Source of the DNA: a virus
Lineage: Duplodnaviria; Caudoviricetes
Direction: 5' to 3' (one strand)
Virus record (IMG/VR): IMGVR_UViG_3300017909_001121
Location: 1-28,912 of that record
Length of the DNA: 28,912 nucleotides
Translations under genes and position numbers: made by a program
In this document: positions 1 through 9,246 of the stretch, in pieces
Position numbering within the stretch: position 1 is the first letter of the stretch
Layout of the letters: each line of letters opens with the position of its first letter
Notes under the pieces: model-generated
The model's input: only the letters and a program-made list of their open reading frames with translations
Databases searched by the model: none
What the model was told of the DNA's origin: nothing

Positions 1-1331
1 GCTGTTCTTGTTGCGGCACTAACATACAATCTCACACGAGCCGCTCTGTCTGTTGTGATAGTGAGTAGTGCGTATGATTTAAATCCTGTGATGTCCAAGT
101 CTGCTTCAGCGGCATCTGCCAAACTGACTGTTGTGCCTGTTACACTAACTCTGCTTGATGCGCCGCCACCTGACTGTGCAACCCAATCATAGTCTGAACC
201 AGTCCAACTTAAAACTTCGTTTGAACTTGCTGTACCTGTATTTAGATGTGTATCAACATCTGAATCCGAATAAGCCGCAGGCAATCCTGTAACTGTTGCA
301 CCAGTAAAATCTATACTTGTTGTGCCTGTAAAATCTACTGCACCTGTAAATGCAGGTGCCGCCAAGGTTGCCGCATCTGTAATTCCATAACCTGATAGTG
401 TAGTAGGTGTTCCTGTAAGGTCACTAAACGCAACGGTTGTTAAATAATCTGTGCCTGCCACTGCCGCTGAAATGTTTCCTGCGCCGTCTGATTTTACTAA
501 TCCTGTGATAGCACCTACCACTGGATCTGTTTCTGTAAAACTTGTTAAGAAACTTGTTCCTGTTATTGTTGCACCAGTAAAGTCTACACTTGTTGCACCA
601 GTAAAGTCAACTGCTCCAGTTGGTGCCATATTGTTTAGTGTTGCGGCGTCTGTAATTCCGTATCCTGCTATTGTTGTTGGTGTTCCTGTTAAACTTGAAA
701 ACGCAAAATCCTGTGCAACACCGTTGATAGTAATATTACCGTCCACATCACTTGCTGTGGTAATTGCTGTGCCACCTGTTATTTGTAATGTGCTACCCGA
801 AGTTACTGTTCTTACAGTTGAGTCATCGCCTGTAATGTTAAAATTAAAATTTCCTGCTGTAACAGAAGCAATAGAACTATCTACTTCTGCCTTTGTGTAA
901 GCGTCACTTATTCCATAACCGGCTATTGTAGTTGGACTATTTGCTAACGAACTAAACTCTCCATCAAATGCATCTGTTATTCCATAACCTGCTATTGTTG
1001 TTGGCGTTCCTGTCAAGTCGCTAAATGCACTTGCAACACCTGTCAATGCACTACCATCTATTGCCGGTAAAGCACCTGTTAATGCTCCTGCATTAATTGT
1101 TCCTGCAACTCCGTCAATTAATACAGTTGAATCATCTGCAAATACAGATCCTATTATACTTTGTTGTATAGTAGCACCGCCGGCATTGTCAATACCAAGT
1201 TGTCCTTCTGCTACAACTACTCTGTTATATAATTCTGTAAAGTTTGAATTAACTTTGGTAAAGGCTGTTCTAATTGGATCTCCATCACCCTTGTTAGCAC
1301 TTGAACCTATGTTTATGTTTTGTTGTGCCAT
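1..1331 (-). CDS. Tail fibre / baseplate-attached structural protein (3' end runs off the window; missing from ORF track)
   Basis: ATG at 1331 overlaps the upstream stop (TAATG). Reads MAQQNINIGSSANKGDGDPIRTAFTKVNSNFTELY, a T4 gp9/gp10-like N-terminus. Contains four PTT(I/L)(A/S)GYGI(T/S)DA tail-fibre repeats and stays open to position 1. Confidence 0.85.
   Translation of the reverse strand, partial: MAQQNINIGSSANKGDGDPIRTAFTKVNSNFTELYNRVVVAEGQLGIDNAGGATIQQSIIGSVFADDSTVLIDGVAGTINAGALTGALPAIDGSALTGVASAFSDLTGTPTTIAGYGITDAFDGEFSSLANSPTTIAGYGISDAYTKAEVDSSIASVTAGNFNFNITGDDSTVRTVTSGSTLQITGGTAITTASDVDGNITINGVAQDFAFSSLTGTPTTIAGYGITDAATLNNMAPTGAVDFTGATSVDFTGATITGTSFLTSFTETDPVVGAITGLVKSDGAGNISAAVAGTDYLTTVAFSDLTGTPTTLSGYGITDAATLAAPAFTGAVDFTGTTSIDFTGATVTGLPAAYSDSDVDTHLNTGTASSNEVLSWTGSDYDWVAQSGGGASSRVSVTGTTVSLADAAEADLDITGFKSYALLTITTDRAARVRLYVSAATRT
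285..1030 (-). repeat. Intragenic tail-fibre repeats (PTTIAGYGITDA x4; GAVDFTGxTSxDFTGATxTG x2)
   Basis: Copies near 372-430, 645-705, 900-950 and 970-1030. A longer unit of about 50 aa is duplicated at about 285-432 and 555-705. Confidence 0.8.
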
Positions 1332-4300
1332 TATACTCTCCCTACCACTGCTTCAACTACACCATGGCCGGGATCCTCTTTTGCCTGTAATGCTTTACCT
1401 ATTACTGTTCCAGTTTTTGCATCATTGTTTCTAATTGCATGACCTGGAATAGTTGAACTTACAAGCAAGTCACCTTTTTGTACAATGCCCACTACCTTAA
1501 CAGGAACTCTACCCTGTAAAGCAACAGCAGTTACATTGTCGCCTTCTAGTTTACTATTCATTAAGTAACCTGGATTCTCTGAAACAACACCTGCTACTCT
1601 TGTGTCGTCTTTCATTGCAGTTGTAGTAACTTCTTTATCACCACCAAATACTAAAACTGTACCTACTTCATATTCAGCATCTGCTAGATAGTTTTCTGCC
1701 AAGTCAGCATAACGAGCCGTTGTAGCAACACCATCAAATACACCTGCGTAAATTGTGTTATAGTAGTTAGTTGCAGTACCAATATTGTATGTGTTATGTA
1801 ATCCTGGTACAAATCCTGTTGAAGTTGTTTTAAGAACTAAAGCACCATCTGAAACAAATCCAATTTCGCCTGCCGCAGTATAACCTGTGTTAGCACCTAT
1901 ACCAATACCAGTTCCGTTTGCATCAAGTTCTCCTGGTGCTTCAATAAATGAACTGTGTATCCAATCAACTGCTAATCTACTTTCACCTGCTAGTGCAGAG
2001 TTAGTTTGGAAGAATCCTTGTGTAACACCTGTGTTACCAATATTAAGACTTCCTGGAATATCAACAGTTGGTGTTACAGTACCAGCCGATGTTAAGAATA
2101 ATGCACCACCTGGTGTAGTAAATTGTACTTCAGTACCACTTGTATCTAGTATTAAGAAACTGTCTACTTTTAATCCTTGTACATCAGCATTACCACTTGC
2201 ATCTGTTTTAACAAGAGCATTAGCGGCACCTGTTGTAGAAACAGTTTCCTGTACACCGCCACCTTCACTAACAATAGTTGCAAAAGGAACTTCAGAAATA
2301 TCACCTGTGCTTGAATCTCCTGCCGCTCTACCTAGTGCAGTTCCGTCTGCGATGTTTACAATTTTATCGTAATGTAAATCACCATTTTGAATTTCAATAA
2401 ATCCGTTTGTTGATGTAAATGTAGCACTATCAAAACTTGCAACACCTAAATCATTTTGTGTTATCCCTGTTGCATTTGCTCTAGTACTTGCGGCATTAAG
2501 AGCAAGTTTAGTTTGTTGTATTCCTGCACTTGCGTTTACGTCTGCATCTACAATACTGTCTGCGGCTATTCTGTAATCAACTTCTGCCAAGTTAGCAGTT
2601 CTGCTGATCACAACATTTATATCACTTGCGGCCGCTTCAACTAGGTTGGCAAATTCGGCGTGTGGACCATCGTCTACCTGAGCAGTAACTCCACCACCTG
2701 TTGATACAACGTCTTGTGTTGTAAATGCACCAGTACCAACTGTGTAAGTTAATCTATTAAAGTTACTGCCGCCTATAGTTACGTTTTGTACATCAACGAT
2801 TGTACCAGTTGCATTAGTAAAGTTACCAGTGATGTTATCTCCAACTTGGAAGTTACCACCTTGTGCCACCAATGTATAAATTTGGTACTTGCCTGTGTGA
2901 CCAAATAAGTTATTTGCACTTAAACTATTAATTTCAACATCAACTAATTCTGCTACAGTATCACCTGCTTTAATTAATCCGTCAACATATGATTTTGTTG
3001 CCGCATCTTGACCACCAGTTGGATCAGACATATTTTCAATTCTGTATCCACCTAAGTTTAGATTTCCTGTTGCATTAGTTGTACCATCACGTGCTAGTAC
3101 ACCTGGACCAATTTGGTTTGGTACAAGGTTACCACCGTGATCAAAACCTAATCTTCTGTTTACATACCCTCTAACTGCTGATTCAACTGGTACTGTATCA
3201 GTTGCGTTGTCAGTCATGGCATCGTCAGCACTAAATTCTGCTACAACAACACCACGTTTGAATCCAATACCATCTAGGTTACTTAAGGCAATACTTGCTG
3301 AGAACGTAACTGTACCTGTACCTTGGTCAACTGTAAAGAATCTACCTACACGGAAGAAACCATCTTGGTCCGTACTTACATAGAATACTCTACCTTTATC
3401 TCTTTCATCAACTTCTCTTGCTTGGTCTTTAGGTTGTGTAGGTTGTCCTAATACAACGTTTGGATAGTTTGAAGTGTTATATCCACCAGTACCAATATCT
3501 AAGAAGTCATGTCCTGTTGCTCTACATAATGAAATGTTGACTGTAATGTTAGCACCTTCTGTTGCCGCTAAACCTGTTCTCAAAGTAATTACAGTAGTTG
3601 CATTAACCACAGAACTATTAATACCTGTGCCGCCATAACCTGCATTAATGTTTGAACCTGCAACGTCTTCGATGTTAACAATACCAAAGCCAACTTTCTG
3701 TTGATAATTTAAAACTCTATGCTGTTTACCATCATGTGTAAAAATCATATCACCGGAATTTAATTGATCCAGTGTTGCTTGGTTTAATATGCTTACTACT
3801 GCAATAGCAACGTCACCTTGTGTGTTACCTTGTGTAGTACCTGTTCCTGCGAATGCTGTACCTGTTGCGTTTGTATTATCTACAACAAGTTTAATGTATT
3901 CATATGTAGAATCAAATCTTACTAATCTTTGTTGAGCACCTAAGGCTGTACCTAATGCATTAGTAGTTCCAAAGTCAATTGTTCTGTAAACTTTGCTTGG
4001 TAACTGATCAAATATTAATGCTGAACTTGGTCTTGTGCTAACAGATTCAACTCCATCTAATTGATGCGTTAAGTTTGCTCTTAAAATTGCAATAGTGCCA
4101 TTTGGTGGAGCCGCTTTTAATCCTGTTGTACTTGTACTGTCTGTACCTGTAGTAGCAAGGTTAACTTTATAAACTGTTCCGCTTTGATAGTTTGATGAAA
4201 CAAATTCAGTTGTTGATTGTACAGTTGTAACTTCATATCTTACAATACCAGTAACACCGCCGTGATCAATTTCAATTTCTGAATTAGGCATTGGTACAAA

Positions 4301-7300
4301 TGGTGCTTCGTAGATGTACATATATTTTTGGTCGATAGCATGAGTAAAGTTTGCACCGTCGTCATAAATTTTAATTGGCACAGTCATATCGTTTGTTAGT
4401 GTAACGATATCTGCAACTTCGTTTGGATCTGATCCTGTTGCAACTAGACCATATTCACCATAAGCATTTGATCCGTTTAGTGATCTAATTTCACCACCTT
4501 TGTCTGCATAATAAGCCGCTTGACAGTAGTAAGTAAACTGTGATACAAGTTCTGATAAACCTGTATTTGTAACAACAGTACCATAACCTAAGTCGTTAAC
4601 CTGTGTAAAGTCGTTTGCCAACATACTTCTATTACCAGCAGTTTGTAATGTAATATCTGCTGGAACCGGATCACTAAATCCATTACCACCATTAGATGTT
4701 GGATCAAGTAACATTGTGGCAGTACCTGCCTGTTGGTCATAGTTTGTAAATGCATTAACCTGATAACGTTTACCTTGTATGTAGAAAGGACAAGGTACTT
4801 GTGGTTTTCTAATTCTTAAACCTTCACCAAGTTGTGATTCAACATTTAAACTAAATGCATTATTAATTCCAATTACTCTTGTTCTTAGGTTTCCTACAAA
4901 ACCATCAATGAACATACCACCTGCAAAACGTTTCTTATTATTACTTGCTGAGAATGAAGTACCTGTTTGCATATAAGGTGATTTAGTTAAAACAACACCT
5001 TGAGGATCAAGCACCGCCATAAATCCACCGTGCCCTGTAACACTAATATTTCTTAATATTGTTGTGTCGTTCATTAAGAACACATCCATATCTGCGTTGT
5101 TCTTGGCCGCACTTGAACTGTCAGTGTGATCAGTTAGGTAATGGTAACCATAACTTGAAGAATCTAATGCAGGTAATGTGTTTAAACCATTTACAATAAC
5201 ACCTGAAATCATATTCATTAGTGTGTCTACTCTTGTGTTAGCACCCGCTTCTGCGTTGGTAGAATCTAATGTTTGTGTTGTTTTACTTTGTAAACTTGCA
5301 TAAGCGGTATTTGTAAAAATAAAGTCTGTTACAATATCTCTTGCTTTGTCTAGTGCCGCGGCAGTCTGTGCCTGTTGTCCATTCACATAACTTGTAGTAC
5401 CTAAGAAATATCTACTTGCGTTTAGGTGTGTCTTTTCATTACCATTCCATTTTAGATCGTATTCAATACCATCTAAAATTATTTTAGTATCTCTTTCACA
5501 CTTTTGTTTGTCATAAGTAAAGCCGGCCCAAATACCTGTGTTTAATGCTACTTGTGAATCAATCCATGCAACAACTTCGTCTGCAATATATTCTTTGTTA
5601 GCACGTAGTAATTCTCTAGCATTATCAAAATAAGTTGCTCTTAGATCAATTCCATCAAACTCTGGCTCTCTGTAAAAGTAAGTGTCTTTCCAAATAGAAG
5701 TTGAAACACCTGATGCTGGTTTTACAATAACACGTCTAAATTCATCACCTTTTATAGATACGCCTGCTGGTACTCTAATTGGAAACTGCTCTAGATATGT
5801 TCCTGATTCAATGTGTATTGTAATATTTTTTATGGTTAATCTATTACCAAATTCTAATTCTTCACCAGCAACAAAGGTTACAGGTTCTAATAATTCTAGT
5901 GTAATTAAATCTGCACTACCTACAGTATGATCTCTAACTGCACTAACAATTCTACCTACTGCACCTGATGTTTTACCTATTACAAGTTTACCTGGAATTA
6001 AATCTTGGTTAGTTGAAATGTTCTGATCTACATAACCTTGGCCACCATTTGAAATTGTAATACTCCAAGTACTACCTTCAACAAGTTGTGGTGCACTTTT
6101 GTAAGAAGGACCAATAATTAAATCTCTAATAATATCCCATTTAGCACCTACTGAAGTTTGTCCTGCTAGGTCAACAACTTGGTTTGTATCAGTTTGCTGA
6201 GTGTATGTGCTTTGATATAAGTTTGTTTCTAGTGTATTTGTAATAACTTTTGCATGAAGTTGTTTAGCAAAAGCAATCGAAGCCAATGTTTCTGTTTGTT
6301 GTGTAGTTCTTTTAATTTGTCCACTTGCTGAACTGTAATATCTTAGTCCTGCATTTCTACTGTGATAGTTTGCATTTAGTCCATCTAATAAGTCAAGAAC
6401 AATACCGTCTGCTATGAAGCCTAAGTCGCTACGCCATAGTGTTTCATCATATAAAAAGTTAGGATACGTTTGATTAATGTAAGCAATAGTTTCTTCTACA
6501 ATAAATGTTTTGTTTAAGTCTGTTAATATTTTTACTTCTTCATAACCACTTGAACTTGTTACACCACTTGTAACAACTGTTGATTTTACATTTCCATTTG
6601 AATGTGTAATGTCTTGTACATATGGTCCAACTTTGATCGGACTAGTGTCAATAATTTCTTCTGCTTTTTCACAGGCTTTGGCAATAGTTTTGTATGCATA
6701 GTTCCAAGCACGACCTTCATTGCCTGCTGGTACGTTTGCCATTGCATCGTCACCACTAGTTGCAACATAGATATTTGTTACTGATGGAAATGCACTATTG
6801 TCTACATAATATTTTGTAACTGCTTGTAAATCTGTTTTACCATTTGGTTGACCTGCACCTGCAAATGAACCTGGATGGTCATGCAAATATAAAGCACCAG
6901 CCATATCGTCACCTTGACGTCTAACTGCTGATTGTCTTTGTATTGCTTCTGATGTTAAATAAAATCCTTGTAGGTTGCTGTCATAAGCGGCATCAACCAT
7001 TGTTTGTGTGCCACTACCAGCACCTGTTGATACACTAATTTTTACTCTGGTTTGATCATTTGAATTCTGTGCTTCTTCTAATGTAGCATGGATACTTAAT
7101 TCTGTATCACTAACATATCTTAAGTAGTAAGTTGTACCACTTGTTAATCCTGCGGCATCTGTGCCTGTTGAATTATATTTGTAAGCAATACCATTTGATG
7201 TAGTACTAAACCCATGTCCACCACTTACAACTAAATTACCATTTGAATAACTTGAAATTGTAAATGTATAACCTGATGCATCTGCAGGCTCTGGTCTAAC

Positions 7301-7813
7301 ACGAACTTGTCCTGAGGCACCCGGTGCTCCTGCACTTCTTAAATATCTTCCGTCAGCATAACCTTTGTTTATAACTAAATCGTCTAAACTAAAACTTGTA
7401 CCATGAGTACTGTTCATTGCATTTAAGGCACTATTTGATACTGGTGCATTTGCAATCGCCTGGTTAGCCGCGTTTAATGGTCCACCTAAACTTGGAGTAC
7501 CATCTGTACTGATTACTGATCCTGTGTTTGAAATTACAATTTGTGTTGGACTTGTTGAAGCAATAGTCATTCCTTGACCAGCAACAAGTGATTTCATTTC
7601 AATTGCACTACCTTGTGCATTTGCCATTGGAATTGTATATGGAGTCAATGTATCAGGAACATCACTTAAACTAGTAAAGTTTATTTGTCCGCCTACACCA
7701 AAGACTGCGTACAGTTCTGTGAAGTTTTCGTTTACCTTACTAAAGGCTTCACGTATCGCGTCACCGGTATTATCGTTACCCTCTGTACCAATATTAATAA
7801 TTTGTTTTGCCAT
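1331..7813 (-). CDS. Giant virion structural protein (2160 aa), tail fibre/spike-like, with C-terminal peptidase G2-type autocleaving chaperone
   Basis: gp9/gp10-like N-terminus (MAKQIINIGTEGNDNTGDAIREAFSKVNENFTELY). Beta-helix entry motifs (IYVATSGDD...AYKTIAKA; IHIESGTYLEQFPIRVPAGVSIKGD). Two helical repeats (NKxxIxxExxAxI...RD-like). C-terminal ARYADLAENY...VAGVVS...VALQGRVPVKV...GTVIGKAL domain. Confidence 0.85.
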   Translation of the reverse strand: MAKQIINIGTEGNDNTGDAIREAFSKVNENFTELYAVFGVGGQINFTSLSDVPDTLTPYTIPMANAQGSAIEMKSLVAGQGMTIASTSPTQIVISNTGSVISTDGTPSLGGPLNAANQAIANAPVSNSALNAMNSTHGTSFSLDDLVINKGYADGRYLRSAGAPGASGQVRVRPEPADASGYTFTISSYSNGNLVVSGGHGFSTTSNGIAYKYNSTGTDAAGLTSGTTYYLRYVSDTELSIHATLEEAQNSNDQTRVKISVSTGAGSGTQTMVDAAYDSNLQGFYLTSEAIQRQSAVRRQGDDMAGALYLHDHPGSFAGAGQPNGKTDLQAVTKYYVDNSAFPSVTNIYVATSGDDAMANVPAGNEGRAWNYAYKTIAKACEKAEEIIDTSPIKVGPYVQDITHSNGNVKSTVVTSGVTSSSGYEEVKILTDLNKTFIVEETIAYINQTYPNFLYDETLWRSDLGFIADGIVLDLLDGLNANYHSRNAGLRYYSSASGQIKRTTQQTETLASIAFAKQLHAKVITNTLETNLYQSTYTQQTDTNQVVDLAGQTSVGAKWDIIRDLIIGPSYKSAPQLVEGSTWSITISNGGQGYVDQNISTNQDLIPGKLVIGKTSGAVGRIVSAVRDHTVGSADLITLELLEPVTFVAGEELEFGNRLTIKNITIHIESGTYLEQFPIRVPAGVSIKGDEFRRVIVKPASGVSTSIWKDTYFYREPEFDGIDLRATYFDNARELLRANKEYIADEVVAWIDSQVALNTGIWAGFTYDKQKCERDTKIILDGIEYDLKWNGNEKTHLNASRYFLGTTSYVNGQQAQTAAALDKARDIVTDFIFTNTAYASLQSKTTQTLDSTNAEAGANTRVDTLMNMISGVIVNGLNTLPALDSSSYGYHYLTDHTDSSSAAKNNADMDVFLMNDTTILRNISVTGHGGFMAVLDPQGVVLTKSPYMQTGTSFSASNNKKRFAGGMFIDGFVGNLRTRVIGINNAFSLNVESQLGEGLRIRKPQVPCPFYIQGKRYQVNAFTNYDQQAGTATMLLDPTSNGGNGFSDPVPADITLQTAGNRSMLANDFTQVNDLGYGTVVTNTGLSELVSQFTYYCQAAYYADKGGEIRSLNGSNAYGEYGLVATGSDPNEVADIVTLTNDMTVPIKIYDDGANFTHAIDQKYMYIYEAPFVPMPNSEIEIDHGGVTGIVRYEVTTVQSTTEFVSSNYQSGTVYKVNLATTGTDSTSTTGLKAAPPNGTIAILRANLTHQLDGVESVSTRPSSALIFDQLPSKVYRTIDFGTTNALGTALGAQQRLVRFDSTYEYIKLVVDNTNATGTAFAGTGTTQGNTQGDVAIAVVSILNQATLDQLNSGDMIFTHDGKQHRVLNYQQKVGFGIVNIEDVAGSNINAGYGGTGINSSVVNATTVITLRTGLAATEGANITVNISLCRATGHDFLDIGTGGYNTSNYPNVVLGQPTQPKDQAREVDERDKGRVFYVSTDQDGFFRVGRFFTVDQGTGTVTFSASIALSNLDGIGFKRGVVVAEFSADDAMTDNATDTVPVESAVRGYVNRRLGFDHGGNLVPNQIGPGVLARDGTTNATGNLNLGGYRIENMSDPTGGQDAATKSYVDGLIKAGDTVAELVDVEINSLSANNLFGHTGKYQIYTLVAQGGNFQVGDNITGNFTNATGTIVDVQNVTIGGSNFNRLTYTVGTGAFTTQDVVSTGGGVTAQVDDGPHAEFANLVEAAASDINVVISRTANLAEVDYRIAADSIVDADVNASAGIQQTKLALNAASTRANATGITQNDLGVASFDSATFTSTNGFIEIQNGDLHYDKIVNIADGTALGRAAGDSSTGDISEVPFATIVSEGGGVQETVSTTGAANALVKTDASGNADVQGLKVDSFLILDTSGTEVQFTTPGGALFLTSAGTVTPTVDIPGSLNIGNTGVTQGFFQTNSALAGESRLAVDWIHSSFIEAPGELDANGTGIGIGANTGYTAAGEIGFVSDGALVLKTTSTGFVPGLHNTYNIGTATNYYNTIYAGVFDGVATTARYADLAENYLADAEYEVGTVLVFGGDKEVTTTAMKDDTRVAGVVSENPGYLMNSKLEGDNVTAVALQGRVPVKVVGIVQKGDLLVSSTIPGHAIRNNDAKTGTVIGKALQAKEDPGHGVVEAVVGRV

Positions 7814-7822
7814 ATTTTATTC

Positions 7823-8146
7823 CTAAAATCCTACTGATTCGCCGCAACCACAACTTGATGTAGATGCAGGATTGCTAATATCAAAATAAGAACCAAATAC
7901 TTCTTTTTTGTAATCTACTGTTGAGCCTATTAAGTACATAACACTCATACTGTCGATTACAAACTTTCCTTTATCTAGTTCAATGACTTCATCGTCTGCT
8001 TCAACTGAATCTACTAAACTCCAATCATATTTAAAACCTGCACACCCACCGCCTTGTAATGCTAGTTTTACTGCGGATTTTTGGTGTTCGTCTAACATAG
8101 ACTGCATTTGAGTCTTTGCACTATCTGTTAAAGTAACTACTGTCAT
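7823..8146 (-). CDS. iscA: A-type Fe-S cluster carrier, IscA/HesB family
   Basis: GGGCAGFKY and C-terminal CGCGES motifs. Start placed at the ATG at 8146 (MTVVTLT) rather than the TTG at 8161. Confidence 0.93.
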   Translation of the reverse strand: MTVVTLTDSAKTQMQSMLDEHQKSAVKLALQGGGCAGFKYDWSLVDSVEADDEVIELDKGKFVIDSMSVMYLIGSTVDYKKEVFGSYFDISNPASTSSCGCGESVGF

Positions 8147-8151
8147 ATACT

Positions 8152-8157
8152 TATTTA
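8152..8157 (-). promoter_or_regulatory. T4-type late promoter core (TAAATA), 5 nt before the iscA ATG
   Basis: Minus strand reads GGTAAATA-AGTAT-ATG, with no SD. Confidence 0.65.
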
Positions 8158-8195
8158 CCAATAATTCTATAATCTTAATGTAAATAGAAATCCAT

Positions 8196-8203
8196 TATAA
8201 ATA
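8196..8203 (+). promoter_or_regulatory. T4-type late promoter TATAAATA
   Basis: Exact T4 late consensus, followed by TGTTT-ATG (ATG at 8209). Confidence 0.7.
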
Positions 8204-8208
8204 TGTTT

Positions 8209-8499
8209 ATGTTTTTACGAACAGAACAAAAAGTACAATATTTCATGCGTAAAGGAAAAAAGGGTCAACATCACCCTTACAAACGCAAAAAAACACTATG
8301 CGTATTTGAATGTGATAACTGTCATGCTGAATTTATTAGAGATAAAGGACAAGTTGATCCTAAACGTCTAAGTGATGAATATTCTCACGTATGTCCAAAA
8401 TGTGAACCTAAAAGATTTGCACAAAAGGCCGGTGTTAAACAAAGAAAGAAATTAAATTTAACTGTGGATAGTATGGATGTTGACCTAAGTAAATTATAG
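8209..8499 (+). CDS. Small basic Zn-ribbon protein (CxxC...CxxC)
   Basis: CDNC and CPKC pairs in a Lys/Arg-rich protein. The ATG at 8203 overlaps the promoter, so 8209 is the preferred start. Confidence 0.7.
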   Translation: MFLRTEQKVQYFMRKGKKGQHHPYKRKKTLCVFECDNCHAEFIRDKGQVDPKRLSDEYSHVCPKCEPKRFAQKAGVKQRKKLNLTVDSMDVDLSKL

Positions 8500-8516
8500 G
8501 CCAACAACCTAGTTTA

Positions 8517-8693
8517 TTATTTCTCAGACTTCCAAATAGTCCAAGCGCCATAGGCAATAGCCGCATAGGCTAAGATACCTGCCAAAGGTTTTGCAATTAA
8601 TACAATTATACCAAATGCAATTAGAACTGCTCCGTCCCAGGAAGTTCTTTCTTTGAAAGCGTCAGATACCCAAGATTTGAACTTATCTATCAT
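8517..8693 (-). CDS. Small membrane protein, 58 aa (not in ORF track)
   Basis: MIDKFKSWVSDAFKERTSWDGAVLIAFGIIVLIAKPLAGILAYAAIAYGAWTIWKSEK. Strong SD AAAGGAG upstream and two hydrophobic segments. Confidence 0.75.
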   Translation of the reverse strand: MIDKFKSWVSDAFKERTSWDGAVLIAFGIIVLIAKPLAGILAYAAIAYGAWTIWKSEK

Positions 8694-8694
8694 A

Positions 8695-9246
8695 TTATTC
8701 TCCTTTGTTATATAAAGTAATTACACCACAGGCTAGACGATCTCCTGCGTTTCCGGTTCTTTTTGATTCAGCATCGCCGCCTTTACCTAGATCATCTTCA
8801 TCTTTGTGTATCACAAAAGATCTTCCAATAATAGAATTTTCTCCAGTTAATGCTATACGTTTTGCTGTGATTTGAATTTGGGCAACACCATTCTCGTCTG
8901 CCTCGATGTTACCTAAATCTCCTACATGGCCGTTTTCAAGGTCTCCATGATCTACTCCATCAGGATTAAAATGTGCGCCTGCTGACTCACATCCTTTACT
9001 TAAATCGCCATATTCGTGAACATGAAACCCGTGTAATCCTTTTTCTAATCCACTTACTTTACCGTAAACTAAAGTAGGACCACCTGGTTTCTGTGATAAT
9101 AAGATTGCACCTTTTACAGAATCACTATGCTCTAATTGGCAAATGCCATAGATAGTTTCTTGTGCTTCAGATAATTCGCTTATTCTGTTACAAGTACAGA
9201 CATCGGCTTTTGTTCTTTGACATCGTTTGAGTTCTGTAAATCGCAT
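8695..9246 (-). CDS. sodC: Cu/Zn superoxide dismutase
   Basis: HGFHVH, GCESAGAHFNP, HVGDLGNI, IIGRSFVIH, DDLGKGG and TGNAGDRLACGVI motifs. Metal ligands and disulfide cysteines are present. Confidence 0.95.
   Translation of the reverse strand: MRFTELKRCQRTKADVCTCNRISELSEAQETIYGICQLEHSDSVKGAILLSQKPGGPTLVYGKVSGLEKGLHGFHVHEYGDLSKGCESAGAHFNPDGVDHGDLENGHVGDLGNIEADENGVAQIQITAKRIALTGENSIIGRSFVIHKDEDDLGKGGDAESKRTGNAGDRLACGVITLYNKGE

Noticed and set aside
451-6784. Plus-strand ORFs (451-900, 1186-1434, 1887-2372, 2456-2644, 5682-5930, 6602-6784) and minus-strand 6586-6768
   Set aside because: Antisense or alternate-frame shadows of the structural genes, with no SD or recognisable motifs.
8497-8516. 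TAGG-7 nt-CCTA hairpin between convergent genes
   Set aside because: A 4-bp stem is too weak to call a terminator.
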